Shown one piece after another: positions 30,782 to 41,470 of a DNA stretch of 64,000 nt (positions are counted from its first letter, which is position 1; the number at the start of each line of letters is the position of its first letter). This DNA is from a virus: positions 8,022 through 72,021 of the IMG/VR virus record IMGVR_UViG_3300010412_000412, one strand, 5' to 3'. Under the pieces are notes generated by a model. It did no database searches. It worked only from the letters and a program-made list of their open reading frames with translations, and was not told the DNA's origin. Position numbers and translations under genes: made by a program.

Positions 30782-31912
30782 ATGCCAATACCAGTAAAAT
30801 ATTATTTTTCAACTCAAACAGGCGCACCAGAATGTTCTGCTCAACTTAATGTAATGCACACTTTTTACGATGCAATATTAGTCAATGGTTTTAATGAACA
30901 ATCAATTTCAACAATTACTGTTTCAAATAATATAGGAACAATTACAACTAATGCCAATCATGGTTATAATATAGATGATATTATTGTTATTGAAGGGGCT
31001 AATGAAACAGATTTTAATGATGAATTTTATGTAAAAGAAGTTTTATCAACTACACAATTTACTATAGATATAATAACAATAGAAACTGTAGCAACTGGTA
31101 CATTATCTTGTAAAATTGCACCATTAGGTTGGGAAATATTACATACTGATGGAAATTATTTACGTGTTTATAGGAATAATTCAAATAATCCATTGAGTAC
31201 ATCAATGGTTTTGCATATGGATGATTCATCATCCGTATATTCAACATATATGACAATGTGTGAATATATAGAAAATACTGATTTAACAACAGCTATTAAT
31301 CCACTTACTACATATTGGGGTAAGCATTATGATGCTAGTTCTACACCAAGATCATGGGAAATTATTGGTGATGATAGAATTTTTTATAGATTTCATGATA
31401 ATTATTCAAATACTTATTTTAATAATTTTTTCGAAGTCTTTGGTGATTATGATCCAATTGCTTATAATCCTTATGCTTGTATAATAGGTGGTCAAACAAC
31501 AAACAGAAATTTTGATCCTGATACTAATTCTTATATGGTTAGAATGACTATAAGTTCATTAGGACAATATGCACCAAGAGGTTATTCGAGATTAGGTAGC
31601 AAAATAGATTGGAGTTGGTATCCATTTGGTTATAGAACAACATATTTTCAAAATGCTTTAAATTTTAATAGATATACAAATTCATTAACATTATTACCTG
31701 TTGGTATATGGGATAATACATCTTCGAGTTTTGCTGGTTTTTCACATTTTTATACACCTCTTGAAGAAATGTCAAATACTACAGCTGTTCAAAAAGTAAG
31801 AACTACTATTGGAGGAAGAGATTTTATGCCATTTAGAGTTGCTAGAGGTGATAATGCAAATTATGGTTATGCTTTTTTTCCTTTAAATAATTGGAGACAA
31901 TTGTCATTATGA
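30782..31912 (+). CDS. Tail-associated protein (paralog A)
   Basis: D..LVNGF, H.Y...D.I.IEGANE...N.EF.V and ATGTL.CKIA.LGW shared with the next gene. Confidence 0.6.
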   Translation: MPIPVKYYFSTQTGAPECSAQLNVMHTFYDAILVNGFNEQSISTITVSNNIGTITTNANHGYNIDDIIVIEGANETDFNDEFYVKEVLSTTQFTIDIITIETVATGTLSCKIAPLGWEILHTDGNYLRVYRNNSNNPLSTSMVLHMDDSSSVYSTYMTMCEYIENTDLTTAINPLTTYWGKHYDASSTPRSWEIIGDDRIFYRFHDNYSNTYFNNFFEVFGDYDPIAYNPYACIIGGQTTNRNFDPDTNSYMVRMTISSLGQYAPRGYSRLGSKIDWSWYPFGYRTTYFQNALNFNRYTNSLTLLPVGIWDNTSSSFAGFSHFYTPLEEMSNTTAVQKVRTTIGGRDFMPFRVARGDNANYGYAFFPLNNWRQLSL

Positions 31913-33024
31913 TAGATACTCAAATAAAATATTTCACAGAAAATACAGGTGGAATAACCCAATGTATTGGTATTATTGGCAAATTAATCACATTATTAGA
32001 TCAAGTATTAGTAAATGGTTTCAATAATAATACAATAATCTCTTTCACAATAGATACAAATATTGGTACAATATTAACAAATACAATACATAATTATCAT
32101 TTGAATGATGTAATAAAAATTGAAGGTGCAAATGAAGCAGAATTAAATGGTGAATTTAGAGTTGTAGAAGTACCTAATAATACACAATTTAAAATCAGTA
32201 TAGACACAATTGAAACTGTAGCAACTGGTACATTGACTTGTAAAATTGCTTCATTAGGATGGACAAAAGAATATTCAGATACAAATAAAGCAGTTTATCG
32301 TTCACCATCTGGTACAAGAAGATTTTTACGTGTTGAACATTTATCAGCTTATTATGGAAAAATCAATGGTTATGATACAATGACTAATGTTGATACAGGA
32401 ACAGGAGAAACAGCAAGCTATTATTGGAAAATTAGTGATAATACAACATCAGAAAGACCATTTAAAATAGTAGGATGTGAACGTAGTTTTTATTTTTTAT
32501 GTTCATGGAATGGAGATACAACAATAAGACATAATGGTGGTGGTTTTGGTGAATTTATATCATTAAGAAATGGAGATATAATGAATACTTTTATTATTGG
32601 TTCAACTGCTACAGCACCAACTACCGTTTATAATAATCAAAGTTTCACATATATAAACGGTTCTGCAAATACAACTGGTCATCAAGTTTTAGGTATATTA
32701 CCTGATAATCCAACACCAACATTATTTTATAAACAAAGTACACCATCTGGACAAATGGGTTATGGTACAGATGTGACATTATTTAATTATGCTGATAATG
32801 GTATACATTTATTTCCATTGAATATTATTGAATCATCAATTTTTAGAGGTCAATTACCAGGAATATTTGTACCATTTGAAAATATTAATAATTTCTTTGC
32901 AAATGGTGATCGTACAGTAATAATTGATGGAAATGAATTTATTGCAGTAAGAATATATTGCAATAATGGTAGTGGTGCTTGTTGGTTCAGTACAAAACCA
33001 GAACATTGGGGTTTGACTTCATGA
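31909..33024 (+). CDS. Tail-associated protein (paralog B)
   Basis: Same N-terminal module; ATG at 31909 overlaps the upstream stop. Confidence 0.6.
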   Translation: MIDTQIKYFTENTGGITQCIGIIGKLITLLDQVLVNGFNNNTIISFTIDTNIGTILTNTIHNYHLNDVIKIEGANEAELNGEFRVVEVPNNTQFKISIDTIETVATGTLTCKIASLGWTKEYSDTNKAVYRSPSGTRRFLRVEHLSAYYGKINGYDTMTNVDTGTGETASYYWKISDNTTSERPFKIVGCERSFYFLCSWNGDTTIRHNGGGFGEFISLRNGDIMNTFIIGSTATAPTTVYNNQSFTYINGSANTTGHQVLGILPDNPTPTLFYKQSTPSGQMGYGTDVTLFNYADNGIHLFPLNIIESSIFRGQLPGIFVPFENINNFFANGDRTVIIDGNEFIAVRIYCNNGSGACWFSTKPEHWGLTS

Positions 33025-35126
33025 CAAATAATTATCCTACATTATTAATATATTTTAATGGTGAAAATAATAGTACAGTATTTATTGATGAAATAGGTAA
33101 TAGTGTAACACCAATAGGTAATACAAAAATTACAACATCAGAATATAAATATGGTGGTTCATCAGGATATTTTGATGGAAATGGTGATTATTTAATAATA
33201 CCAAATTCAGTATTTGATTTTAAAACAGCAGATTTCACAATAGAATTTTGGTGTAAATTAATCACAAATGATGTTTATCAACGACCAGGTATAATGGGAT
33301 CAACACCGTATGATTCAGGTAGTGGTTTTTTTATGATAGCAAAAGGACCAAATACAACATGGGGTGGTGTAGGTGTAATAAGTTTTAATGGTTCAGCTGG
33401 TTTAATAAATGGTCCAATTGTTGAATCAACAACAGAAGTAAGAAATGCAGGTTGGAAACATATTGCAATAACAAGAGAAGATGTTACTACAAGATTATTT
33501 GTTGATGGTATATTAGAAGATACTCATGTTGCTGCTGGTGTTGCTAATTATGATTCAACAGATGCAAGAATAATGGCATCATCTTTAAATGCAGTAGATA
33601 AAGGATATTTAAATGATTTAAGAATAACCCATGATAAAGCGCTTTATACTACTAATTTTGATGTTCCTGGTGCATTTAAACATATTTATCATCAAAGTGA
33701 TTATCTTTTTAAATTTAATTTAGAAAACAATGATACATCAATAATAAAAGAATATACACAAAATAAAGATTTTTTAAAACATGGTACTCCAATTGTAAGT
33801 AATACACAAAGTAAATTTGGTGGTTATTCAGGGTATTTTAATGGTTCAAGTAATTTAGAAATTTTAACAAGTGATTTTTGTTTATCAAGTGCAAATAACC
33901 ATTCAGCTTTAGGTACATTAGATTTTACAATAGAAGCATGGGTATATTGTAATAGTACAAATAATTTCAATTTATATACTTTAGGAGCATCTGGTTCAGG
34001 TACAGGAACAGATTCTTTAAATAAATCTGGTTTGAATATTAGTGCAACAAGTAATTCAACTTTAGATATTATTGCTGGTAATTTAATAATTGATGGTTGG
34101 AGTGGATATTTACATTTAAAAACAAGTGATAATTTACCAATATCAGGTTGGTGTCATTTAGCAATAGTATCAATTAGTAATGTACCTCATGTTTATATAA
34201 ATGGAATAGAAAGCACATTAATACTTGGAAATCCAAGTTCATCAATAACAAATTTCAATAATATAAAAATGTATTCAGAACGTAATATAAATATTATGTC
34301 ATCAGCTAAATATAATGGTTTAGCTGATACAACTATAACAAGTAGTGGTGGATCATTTTGTACAGGTTATATAGATGATTTAAGATATACAAAAGGTAAT
34401 GCACTTTATACAGAAAATTTTACACCACCTAATCAAGAATATTATTCTAATTATTTTTTATCATTTATAAATATGGATAATCCATTAACCTGTGCACCTA
34501 ATAATCCAACAACATATTTAAACAAATATATATCGAATATTTGGACAAATACTTATAGAAGACAAGAAGAATATGATGGTGGAATTTATTCAATAAGTGG
34601 ATATGTAACAATAAATAATATACCAGTTAGTCGACAAGTAATATTACATGAAAAATTAAGTAAAAGAATAGTTGCATCAATGTGGAGTGATTCAATTACT
34701 GGTTTTTATAAATTTGAACAATTATCAAATAAAGTTCAATATTATATATGGTGTGAAGATTATGAAAAGAATTTCACACCAGTAACACAATATGTTGAAA
34801 TGGATCCAAAAATACCAAAACTTTATTATATAAATAATATAGATTTTAGTGAACAAACAATGCGTGATCCATCTTATTGGTTTGGATTAGGTAAAATATG
34901 GGGTGTAGTAACTGATAATGGTGGTAATCCATTAAGTAGACGATTAGTATTATTAGAACATAAAACATATATTATTGTACAAAAAACAATAAGTGATGTA
35001 TTAACAGGTGAATATGAATTTAATAATTTAACAACTGAAAAAATATTTACTGTAATAGCAGAAGATGTTGATGATTATGTATATAATGATATAATAAGAG
35101 CAAAAGTTAGAGCAGAATTAGTTTAA
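33021..35126 (+). CDS. Tail or receptor-binding protein with two LamG/ConA-like domains
   Basis: Two copies of K.GG.SGYF.G...DFTIE.W...W.H.AI...GY..DLR.T...ALYT.NF; duplicated C-terminal module. Confidence 0.75.
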   Translation: MTNNYPTLLIYFNGENNSTVFIDEIGNSVTPIGNTKITTSEYKYGGSSGYFDGNGDYLIIPNSVFDFKTADFTIEFWCKLITNDVYQRPGIMGSTPYDSGSGFFMIAKGPNTTWGGVGVISFNGSAGLINGPIVESTTEVRNAGWKHIAITREDVTTRLFVDGILEDTHVAAGVANYDSTDARIMASSLNAVDKGYLNDLRITHDKALYTTNFDVPGAFKHIYHQSDYLFKFNLENNDTSIIKEYTQNKDFLKHGTPIVSNTQSKFGGYSGYFNGSSNLEILTSDFCLSSANNHSALGTLDFTIEAWVYCNSTNNFNLYTLGASGSGTGTDSLNKSGLNISATSNSTLDIIAGNLIIDGWSGYLHLKTSDNLPISGWCHLAIVSISNVPHVYINGIESTLILGNPSSSITNFNNIKMYSERNINIMSSAKYNGLADTTITSSGGSFCTGYIDDLRYTKGNALYTENFTPPNQEYYSNYFLSFINMDNPLTCAPNNPTTYLNKYISNIWTNTYRRQEEYDGGIYSISGYVTINNIPVSRQVILHEKLSKRIVASMWSDSITGFYKFEQLSNKVQYYIWCEDYEKNFTPVTQYVEMDPKIPKLYYINNIDFSEQTMRDPSYWFGLGKIWGVVTDNGGNPLSRRLVLLEHKTYIIVQKTISDVLTGEYEFNNLTTEKIFTVIAEDVDDYVYNDIIRAKVRAELV

Positions 35127-35128
35127 GA

Positions 35129-35650
35129 ATGGTTAAAACATTTAATGAATTTCAAATAAAAGAAGGATTTGATAATTTAGACGTTGTTATAACACCAATT
35201 ATAATAAATAATAAACAAATTATGATTTATTATGAAAGATTATATAATAAATTCAGTTTTAATTATATATTAAAATCATTTCGTAATAAAGATGTTGAAT
35301 TATTAATGAAAACTAAAAATACATCATTTCGTGGTATTATTTTTGTTTCTAATAAATTTACAGATTTTTTTGCATGGGATTATATTTATCCACATCATAT
35401 TGTGATTAATTACTTACAAAATGTAAATTATTCATTAATTTATAATAATCAATTAAGAAAAGAAATAATTGATAATTTTGCTATGATATCATTTGTTTTT
35501 AATAAAAATCATTATACATCAGATTTATTTAATTTTCGTATATTGAATAAAATACAATCTATTATTGATATAAAAACAATTTTAAAATTGGATGATGATG
35601 ATTGGAATGTATTTAAAACTAAAAATAGATTTGATAATCAAATTTATTAA
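35129..35650 (+). CDS. Internal-protein family paralog
   Basis: MVKTFNEFQIKEGF, YYE, FRGIIF, FFAWD. Confidence 0.7.
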   Translation: MVKTFNEFQIKEGFDNLDVVITPIIINNKQIMIYYERLYNKFSFNYILKSFRNKDVELLMKTKNTSFRGIIFVSNKFTDFFAWDYIYPHHIVINYLQNVNYSLIYNNQLRKEIIDNFAMISFVFNKNHYTSDLFNFRILNKIQSIIDIKTILKLDDDDWNVFKTKNRFDNQIY

Positions 35651-35665
35651 ATAAAGGAAGAAAAA

Positions 35666-36051
35666 ATGAAAACATTTAAGGGTTTTATAGAAGAAAAAGA
35701 AATAAATTTATTTGAACAAAACAAAATGAACCATTAAATTGGAGTGATAGATATGCAGCAGAAATTGTACGTTTTTTATTTGAAATAATAAAAGATGATA
35801 CTGATACATTTATTGATTTTAAAACAGGTGCTTTTAAAATCAATAATATAAAAAAGGAATATGGTCCAAATTATCTTGATGAAATTATTAAATTAGTTGA
35901 TTGGTTGATAGTACAAAAACCATATTTAGATTGGATATATAAAGATAATACATTAAAATATAGATTAAATAAAAATCATAGAATAAATAAAAGATTAGAT
36001 TTTAATGAAAAAGTAATAAAATTAAAAATAAAAAATACTAATCAATTTTAG
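35666..36051 (+). pseudogene. Paralog of 6440-6796, frameshifted near 35720 (not in ORF track)
   Basis: MKTFKGFIEEKE, then a 1-nt deficit in an A run, then NEPLNWSDRYAAEIVRFLFEIIKDDTDTFIDF...KEYGPNY to TAG 36051. Confidence 0.6.
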
Positions 36052-36122
36052 TAATGACTATGAAAACATTTATAGACAAAAATTAGAAGAAGGTGGCCAA
36101 CAATTTTTTAAATATAATTTCG

Positions 36123-36671
36123 ATGAAAAAATTTAAACAGTTTATAGAATTAAAAGAAGATTTCAATACAGGTACACAATTTCCTATTTTTATTGGTACA
36201 AAAAAAATAATATTGTTTTATGAAATGAAAAAAGGTTCTTTTAATTTGTTTTATTATTTACAAACATTTTTTAATAGAACTGCATTGGAATTGATGCAAT
36301 CAAAATCAAGAACATATAGAGGTGGTATTTTTATTAAAAATAGTATTTGTTATATCTTTATATGGGATGCTTATTATGGTGTACATTATAACATTTTTAA
36401 ATATTTATCCAATAATTATAAAGAATATCCACAAATAAATTATTTGAATTATTATGAAAATATACAAGAAGAATTGATTTATTCAAATGATATATTGTGT
36501 TTCCCTTTTCAATTTACTAATAAATTATTATTTTCTGATTATTGGATTAATGATTCTTCTCTTAAAAAAATGAATAAATTTTATAATATTAAAGATTTGT
36601 TTAAAATAAATGATGATGATTGGAAAAGAATGCTTATTCCTCAAGATACTTTTTATTTTCAATATATATGA
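36123..36671 (+). CDS. Internal-protein family paralog
   Basis: MKKFKQFIELKEDF, FYE, YRGGIF, IFIWD, CFPF. Confidence 0.7.
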   Translation: MKKFKQFIELKEDFNTGTQFPIFIGTKKIILFYEMKKGSFNLFYYLQTFFNRTALELMQSKSRTYRGGIFIKNSICYIFIWDAYYGVHYNIFKYLSNNYKEYPQINYLNYYENIQEELIYSNDILCFPFQFTNKLLFSDYWINDSSLKKMNKFYNIKDLFKINDDDWKRMLIPQDTFYFQYI

Positions 36672-37123
36672 TATCTTTTTACCAGTATATAAATGATGAT
36701 AATGGTATACTTATATCATTAAATATCAATGATAAATTAATTAGATGTTTTTATGAAAAATTTGATATAAATAAAAAAATTGATTTTTTAAGATATATGA
36801 AAATTTTTGAATCAAAAAAAGTAAAAAATTATATGTTAGCATATAATGAATATCGTGGTTGTATTTTTGTTTCTAAACTTTTTTATGAATTTTTTATTTG
36901 GGATGCTGATAGAATTACTCATTTTGATATGTTGAAAATATTATCTAATAATAGTAATGTTCCACAATTAGGTCATTCTAATTCTATATATTCTAATTTT
37001 TTATCTACTAAATATTTTCTATATTATGATTTTTTTTATACAAATCAGAAAAAGTATACAATTGATATTGATACATATGAAAATTCACACAATATATCAT
37101 TATCAGATATTATTTATATATAA
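36668..37123 (+). CDS. Internal-protein family paralog
   Basis: MISFYQYIND, FYE, YRGCIF, FFIWD. Confidence 0.65.
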   Translation: MISFYQYINDDNGILISLNINDKLIRCFYEKFDINKKIDFLRYMKIFESKKVKNYMLAYNEYRGCIFVSKLFYEFFIWDADRITHFDMLKILSNNSNVPQLGHSNSIYSNFLSTKYFLYYDFFYTNQKKYTIDIDTYENSHNISLSDIIYI

Positions 37124-37132
37124 GGTTTTAAT

Positions 37133-37561
37133 ATGAAAGATAGTATTTCAGAAGCATTAAATATTCCTTTTTCTACTAATGAACTTGAACATAAAATAGA
37201 AGAAAAAAAAACTAATATTATTCCAAAAACTGATGAACAATTCAATGAAATATTATTAGCTAATAGAAAAAATGATTATTTAATTGTTAGAGAAAATTTG
37301 GTTGATGTTATTAATTCAACTCAAGAAATTGTTGAAGAAGCAGTTAATGAAGTTAAAAATAATCCTTCTGCTCGTATGTTTGAAACTTTTGCTATATTGA
37401 TTAAAACTTATTCTGAATTGAATAAAGATTTGATTAGTATTAATGGTCCTATTACTTTACCAAAAAATGATGTTAATGTTAATGATAAAATTAATAATAA
37501 TATTGTTTTTATGGGTACAAATGATGATTTAATTGACCAGATTAGAAAAATAAAAAAATAA
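37133..37561 (+). CDS. gp16: Small terminase subunit gp16
   Basis: DY...RENL...I, ARMFE....LIK and NNIVF.GT.DDL motifs; upstream of gp17. Confidence 0.75.
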   Translation: MKDSISEALNIPFSTNELEHKIEEKKTNIIPKTDEQFNEILLANRKNDYLIVRENLVDVINSTQEIVEEAVNEVKNNPSARMFETFAILIKTYSELNKDLISINGPITLPKNDVNVNDKINNNIVFMGTNDDLIDQIRKIKK

Positions 37562-37676
37562 TTGATTTGTTTTATTTTTTTTTGTTTTATTTTGTTTTGT
37601 TTTGTTTGATTTGTTTTATTTTTTTTTGTTTTGTTTTTTTTGATTTGTTTTATTTTTTTTTGTTTTATTTTTTTCT
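37562..37676. repeat. T-rich tandem repeat tract
   Basis: Three copies of TGATTTGTTTTATTTTTTTTTGTTTT (about 37563, 37607, 37641) with TTTTG spacers. Confidence 0.8.
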
Positions 37677-37724
37677 GATAAAAAAACATTAAAAAAATTT
37701 TGTTTTTCTTTTGTATTAATAGAT

Positions 37725-37753
37725 ATTATATGAATTTTTTTAAAAAAAGTCAA
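37725..37753 (-). promoter_or_regulatory. Leftward sigma70 promoter, antisense to gp16
   Basis: Minus-strand TTGACT(37753-48)-17 nt-TATAAT(37730-25). Confidence 0.6.
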
Positions 37754-37820
37754 GAAATAAATATATTAAATAGTAAAAAAGTTTTGGGGTAAATTAACAA
37801 ATAGTAAAATGGGATAAATT

Positions 37821-38349
37821 ATGATAAAAACATTCAAGCAATATCAACAAAATATAGAAGAAAGATTTATTAGTGATTATTATTTTGATATTAATAAAGA
37901 AACTGTTATAGTAACACATGAACAATTTAATGGTTATACATTTGATATAAAAACATATTGTAAGAAAAAAGCATACAATAAAGATACAAGAGAGTTTATA
38001 TTACGGTAATGATAAAGAATGGGGAGAGTTTAGAGCATCTATTCATTTTGATCATAAAATTGAAATAATAGATGTTTTTTTATGGTGTTCTGATTATATA
38101 CATGAACAAGTTTTATCAAGATTACGAAATAATAAATTTATTAAACAATATAATAATTTATATTCAAATATAGAAAAATTATCAGATAGTGAATTTTGTT
38201 TTCCTATAATATTTGGAAAAAATTATATAGAAGCTAATAGACAAATACCATATAAACAAATAGAAGAATTATTTGATTTAGAAGTATTATTACAAATTAA
38301 TTCTTCTGATTTAGAACATCTAAAACGCAAACAAGAAATAAAAATATAA
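37821..38349 (+). CDS. Internal-protein family paralog; +1 shift at CGG 38004
   Basis: MIKTFKQYQQNIEE...REFIL-[C]-GNDKEWGEFRASIHF...VFLW..DYIH...FCFPI; 175 aa repaired. Confidence 0.7.
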
Positions 38350-38360
38350 GGAATAAAATA

Positions 38361-38849
38361 ATGATTACATATCATTTTATAAAAAATAAAAAATTATATG
38401 AAAAAAAAGAATTGTTATTTAATTATGAAGATGATGATATTATTGTTTATAAAGATACAATGAATAAACAATCAATAAATTTAAAAAAATACTTAAAAAC
38501 AGTTACAAATAAGTATAAAGATTTTAGACATTTTAGTGCAATATTATATATAGACATCAATAAATCACAAATAGAATTTTTTGCATGGGAATCTTTTTAT
38601 ACACCACAAGTTATCTTAAATTTATTTCAAGATAAAAAATATATAAAACAATATCAGAAAATAAAAAATGTTAATGAACAAATAAATGGTATATTTTGTT
38701 TACCATTAATGTTTGATTCTTATTCAATACAATTTGAAATTCGTTTTCCATTATTTGAATTAAGTAAGATATATGATTTTGAAAAAATTCTTAATATTAC
38801 TAATTTTGAATTAAATGCTTCAACAAAAGGATATCCTATAAAATATTAA
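38361..38849 (+). CDS. Divergent internal-protein family paralog
   Basis: INLKKY, EFFAWE and FCLPLMF motifs. Confidence 0.6.
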   Translation: MITYHFIKNKKLYEKKELLFNYEDDDIIVYKDTMNKQSINLKKYLKTVTNKYKDFRHFSAILYIDINKSQIEFFAWESFYTPQVILNLFQDKKYIKQYQKIKNVNEQINGIFCLPLMFDSYSIQFEIRFPLFELSKIYDFEKILNITNFELNASTKGYPIKY

Positions 38850-38850
38850 A

Positions 38851-39351
38851 ATGTTAAAAACATACAAACAATTTTCTGAAAGTTATAATAGTGATAATTC
38901 AGAAAATTTATATATTAGATTCAGAATTAGACAACCTATTGTTATTTTTCATGAACAATTAAATACACAAACTATGAATTTAAAAAATTATTGTATGAAA
39001 TTTTTTAATAATTCAGCAAGAGAATTATATTTAAAAATAGGATATAATTATCGTGGTACTGCACATATAATAAAACAAAAAATAGATATTTTTATATGGG
39101 ATGATAGTTATTTACATGATTATATATTAACTACATTAATAGAAAAAAATAATATAAATAATAGATTTTATAAACAATACAATGAAATTTATGATGGTAA
39201 TATAAAGAAAAATGATTTTTGTTTTCCTTTTATGTTTACAAGAAATCAAATATATACTAATTTATCATTATCAACTATAAATACATTAAAACAAAACCAT
39301 AATTTTGAAAATATTTTTCAAATAGATATAAATGAAATAGCAACATTATGA
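38851..39351 (+). CDS. Internal-protein family paralog
   Basis: MLKTYKQFSESY, FHE, YRG, IFIWD, FCFPF. Confidence 0.7.
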   Translation: MLKTYKQFSESYNSDNSENLYIRFRIRQPIVIFHEQLNTQTMNLKNYCMKFFNNSARELYLKIGYNYRGTAHIIKQKIDIFIWDDSYLHDYILTTLIEKNNINNRFYKQYNEIYDGNIKKNDFCFPFMFTRNQIYTNLSLSTINTLKQNHNFENIFQIDINEIATL

Positions 39352-40239
39352 CTGAAGCATATTTAAATAATCCAAATTTAAACAAAACTAAAACAATCAC
39401 ACAATTTACTGATGAACAAGTAAAAGAAATCATTAAATGTTATAATGATATTTTTTATTTCATAGAAAATTATGTTTATATAATAAGTTTAGATGAAGGA
39501 AGGGTACAATTTAAATTATATGATTATCAAAAAGAAATGATAAATACATTTGATAAAAATAGATTTTGTATAGCAACATTATCAAGACAAATGGGAAAAA
39601 CAATAACAGTAAGTGCGTTTCTTTTATATTTAGCATTATTTAAAAAAGATTATACTATAGGAATATTAGCTAATAAAGCAGAAAAAGCACAAGAAATTCT
39701 TTCTCGTATAAAAATGATGTTTGAAGAATTACCATTATGGTTGAAACCACGGTGTTTCTAAATGGAATGAAAGAAGTATTAAATTAAGTAATGGTTCTTT
39801 ATTATTTTCATCAGCAACAACTGAATCTTCTGTTCGTGGTTATTCAATTAATTGTATAACTGGGGATTCTATTATTAATATAAAACATGATGATAATATT
39901 CAAAATATTTCAATAAATGATTTAATTAAAAATAATAATAAAAAACAATATATTATATATAATAAATATTATTTTATATATAAAAATATTTTAGAAAAAT
40001 ATAAAAATAATAAAAAAGGTATTGATTATAGTGATAAATATGTTAATAATATATCACTTAAATTAACATTAAGACAATATTATTTCATACATAAATTATT
40101 AGCACATTTTTTAATAAAAGAAGAAAAGGCTAAAATAATAAAAAAATTATATGAGTTATCAAACCATAATCCAAATTTTTATAAAATCAATTCATCTTTT
40201 TATAATAAAAATGGATATTTAAAAACACCACTAATCTAA
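39348..40239 (+). CDS. gp17: Large terminase N-extein plus split-intein N-fragment and relic HNH; +1 shift at CGG 39750
   Basis: YLNNPNL, LYDYQ, SRQMGKT, LPLWLKP-[C]-GVSKWNERSIKLSNGS...SVRGYSIN | CITGDSIINIK (intein block A at 39853); stop 40239. Confidence 0.85.
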
Positions 40240-40249
40240 ACCAATAAAT

Positions 40250-40816
40250 ATGTTTAAAACATTTATACAATTCATAAATGAAGATTTTAATAGTAATGAT
40301 GCTATTACTTTTAAAATGACTATTAATAAAAAACCTATCGTAGTTTTTCATGAAAATATTAAAGGTAATTTTAATATCATTCGTTATCTTAAATCTTTCA
40401 ATAAATATGAAGTCAAAAATATGATGAAAGCACATAAAACTAATTATTATAGAGGTGCTTTATTCATTACAAAAACTAAAAATACCAATATTTTTATTTG
40501 GGAAGGTGATACTTTACATTATCCAGTATTTGAAAGAATTAAAAATCGTATAAATTCTTTTAATATCCCTAATAATAATTATTTAATGTATTATCAAAAT
40601 ACAGTTTATAATTATGGATTTGATAATATTATTTGTATCCCATTTGCTTTTAATGATAATACTTTTATGGGTGATAGTTTTGGTAAAAATGATTGGGTTG
40701 AAATTAATAACCTTTTTGCTGTTAAAGATTTATTAAAAATTGATGATAATATGTGGAATACTTTATTAAATTCGAATTGGGAAAATTTCCCTCGTTCTTT
40801 TTCTTATTCATTTTAA
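40250..40816 (+). CDS. Internal-protein family paralog (between the terminase halves)
   Basis: MFKTFIQFINEDF, FHE, YRGALF, IFIWE, CIPF. Confidence 0.7.
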   Translation: MFKTFIQFINEDFNSNDAITFKMTINKKPIVVFHENIKGNFNIIRYLKSFNKYEVKNMMKAHKTNYYRGALFITKTKNTNIFIWEGDTLHYPVFERIKNRINSFNIPNNNYLMYYQNTVYNYGFDNIICIPFAFNDNTFMGDSFGKNDWVEINNLFAVKDLLKIDDNMWNTLLNSNWENFPRSFSYSF

Positions 40817-40975
40817 TATATAATAAAAACAATGAAATCATTTTCACAATAAAAAATTAATAGAAGGTTTTGATAGTACACATTCACAAATGTGTTTTGG
40901 TCAGATAGTATTAATTTTAAACATAAATGACATTAAATTTTTCACAAAAAGATTGGAAATATATTAATTTGAAAG

Positions 40976-41464
40976 ATGAAAACATTTTATAAGTATATAA
41001 CAGAAATATATAGTTCAAATTATTTTAAGATAAAAATATATAAATAATAAAGATATTGTTTGTTTTTATGAAAAAAAATAATAAATAATAGAAAAATTGA
41101 TTTTCATAGATATATGAAAACATTTTTAAAAACAAATGAAAAAGAAATAATGAATTTTAATGGTGAATATAGAGGTGCTATTTTTATTTCTAATAATTTT
41201 ATAGAATTTTTTATATTTGACGCATATTCATCTACACATTATGAATTTTTTAGAACTTTATCAAAAATAACAATTAATGATATAAATTTTTTATTTGATA
41301 ATAAATCTTATTTAACAAATTATTTATCTTATGATAAAAATAGTAAAATTGTCTGTTTTGATTTTTGGTATATTAATTCTACAAAATTTTCTATTAATAA
41401 AGAAAAAGTTAAATATTTATATGATAATTTTAATTATAATTTAAAAAATTACATAACTTATTAG
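40976..41464 (+). pseudogene. Internal-protein family paralog with two compensating A-run frameshifts
   Basis: ATG 40976 MKTFYKYITE; shifted segment INNKDIVCFYEK; rejoins ORF 41114 (YRGAIF, FFIFD). Confidence 0.55.
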
Positions 41465-41470
41465 AAAAAA

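Noticed and set aside
37408-37689. 93-aa K/Q/I-rich minus-strand ORF
   Set aside because: It is a translation of the low-complexity tract and overlaps gp16 antisense; probably not a protein, although it lies downstream of the leftward promoter.
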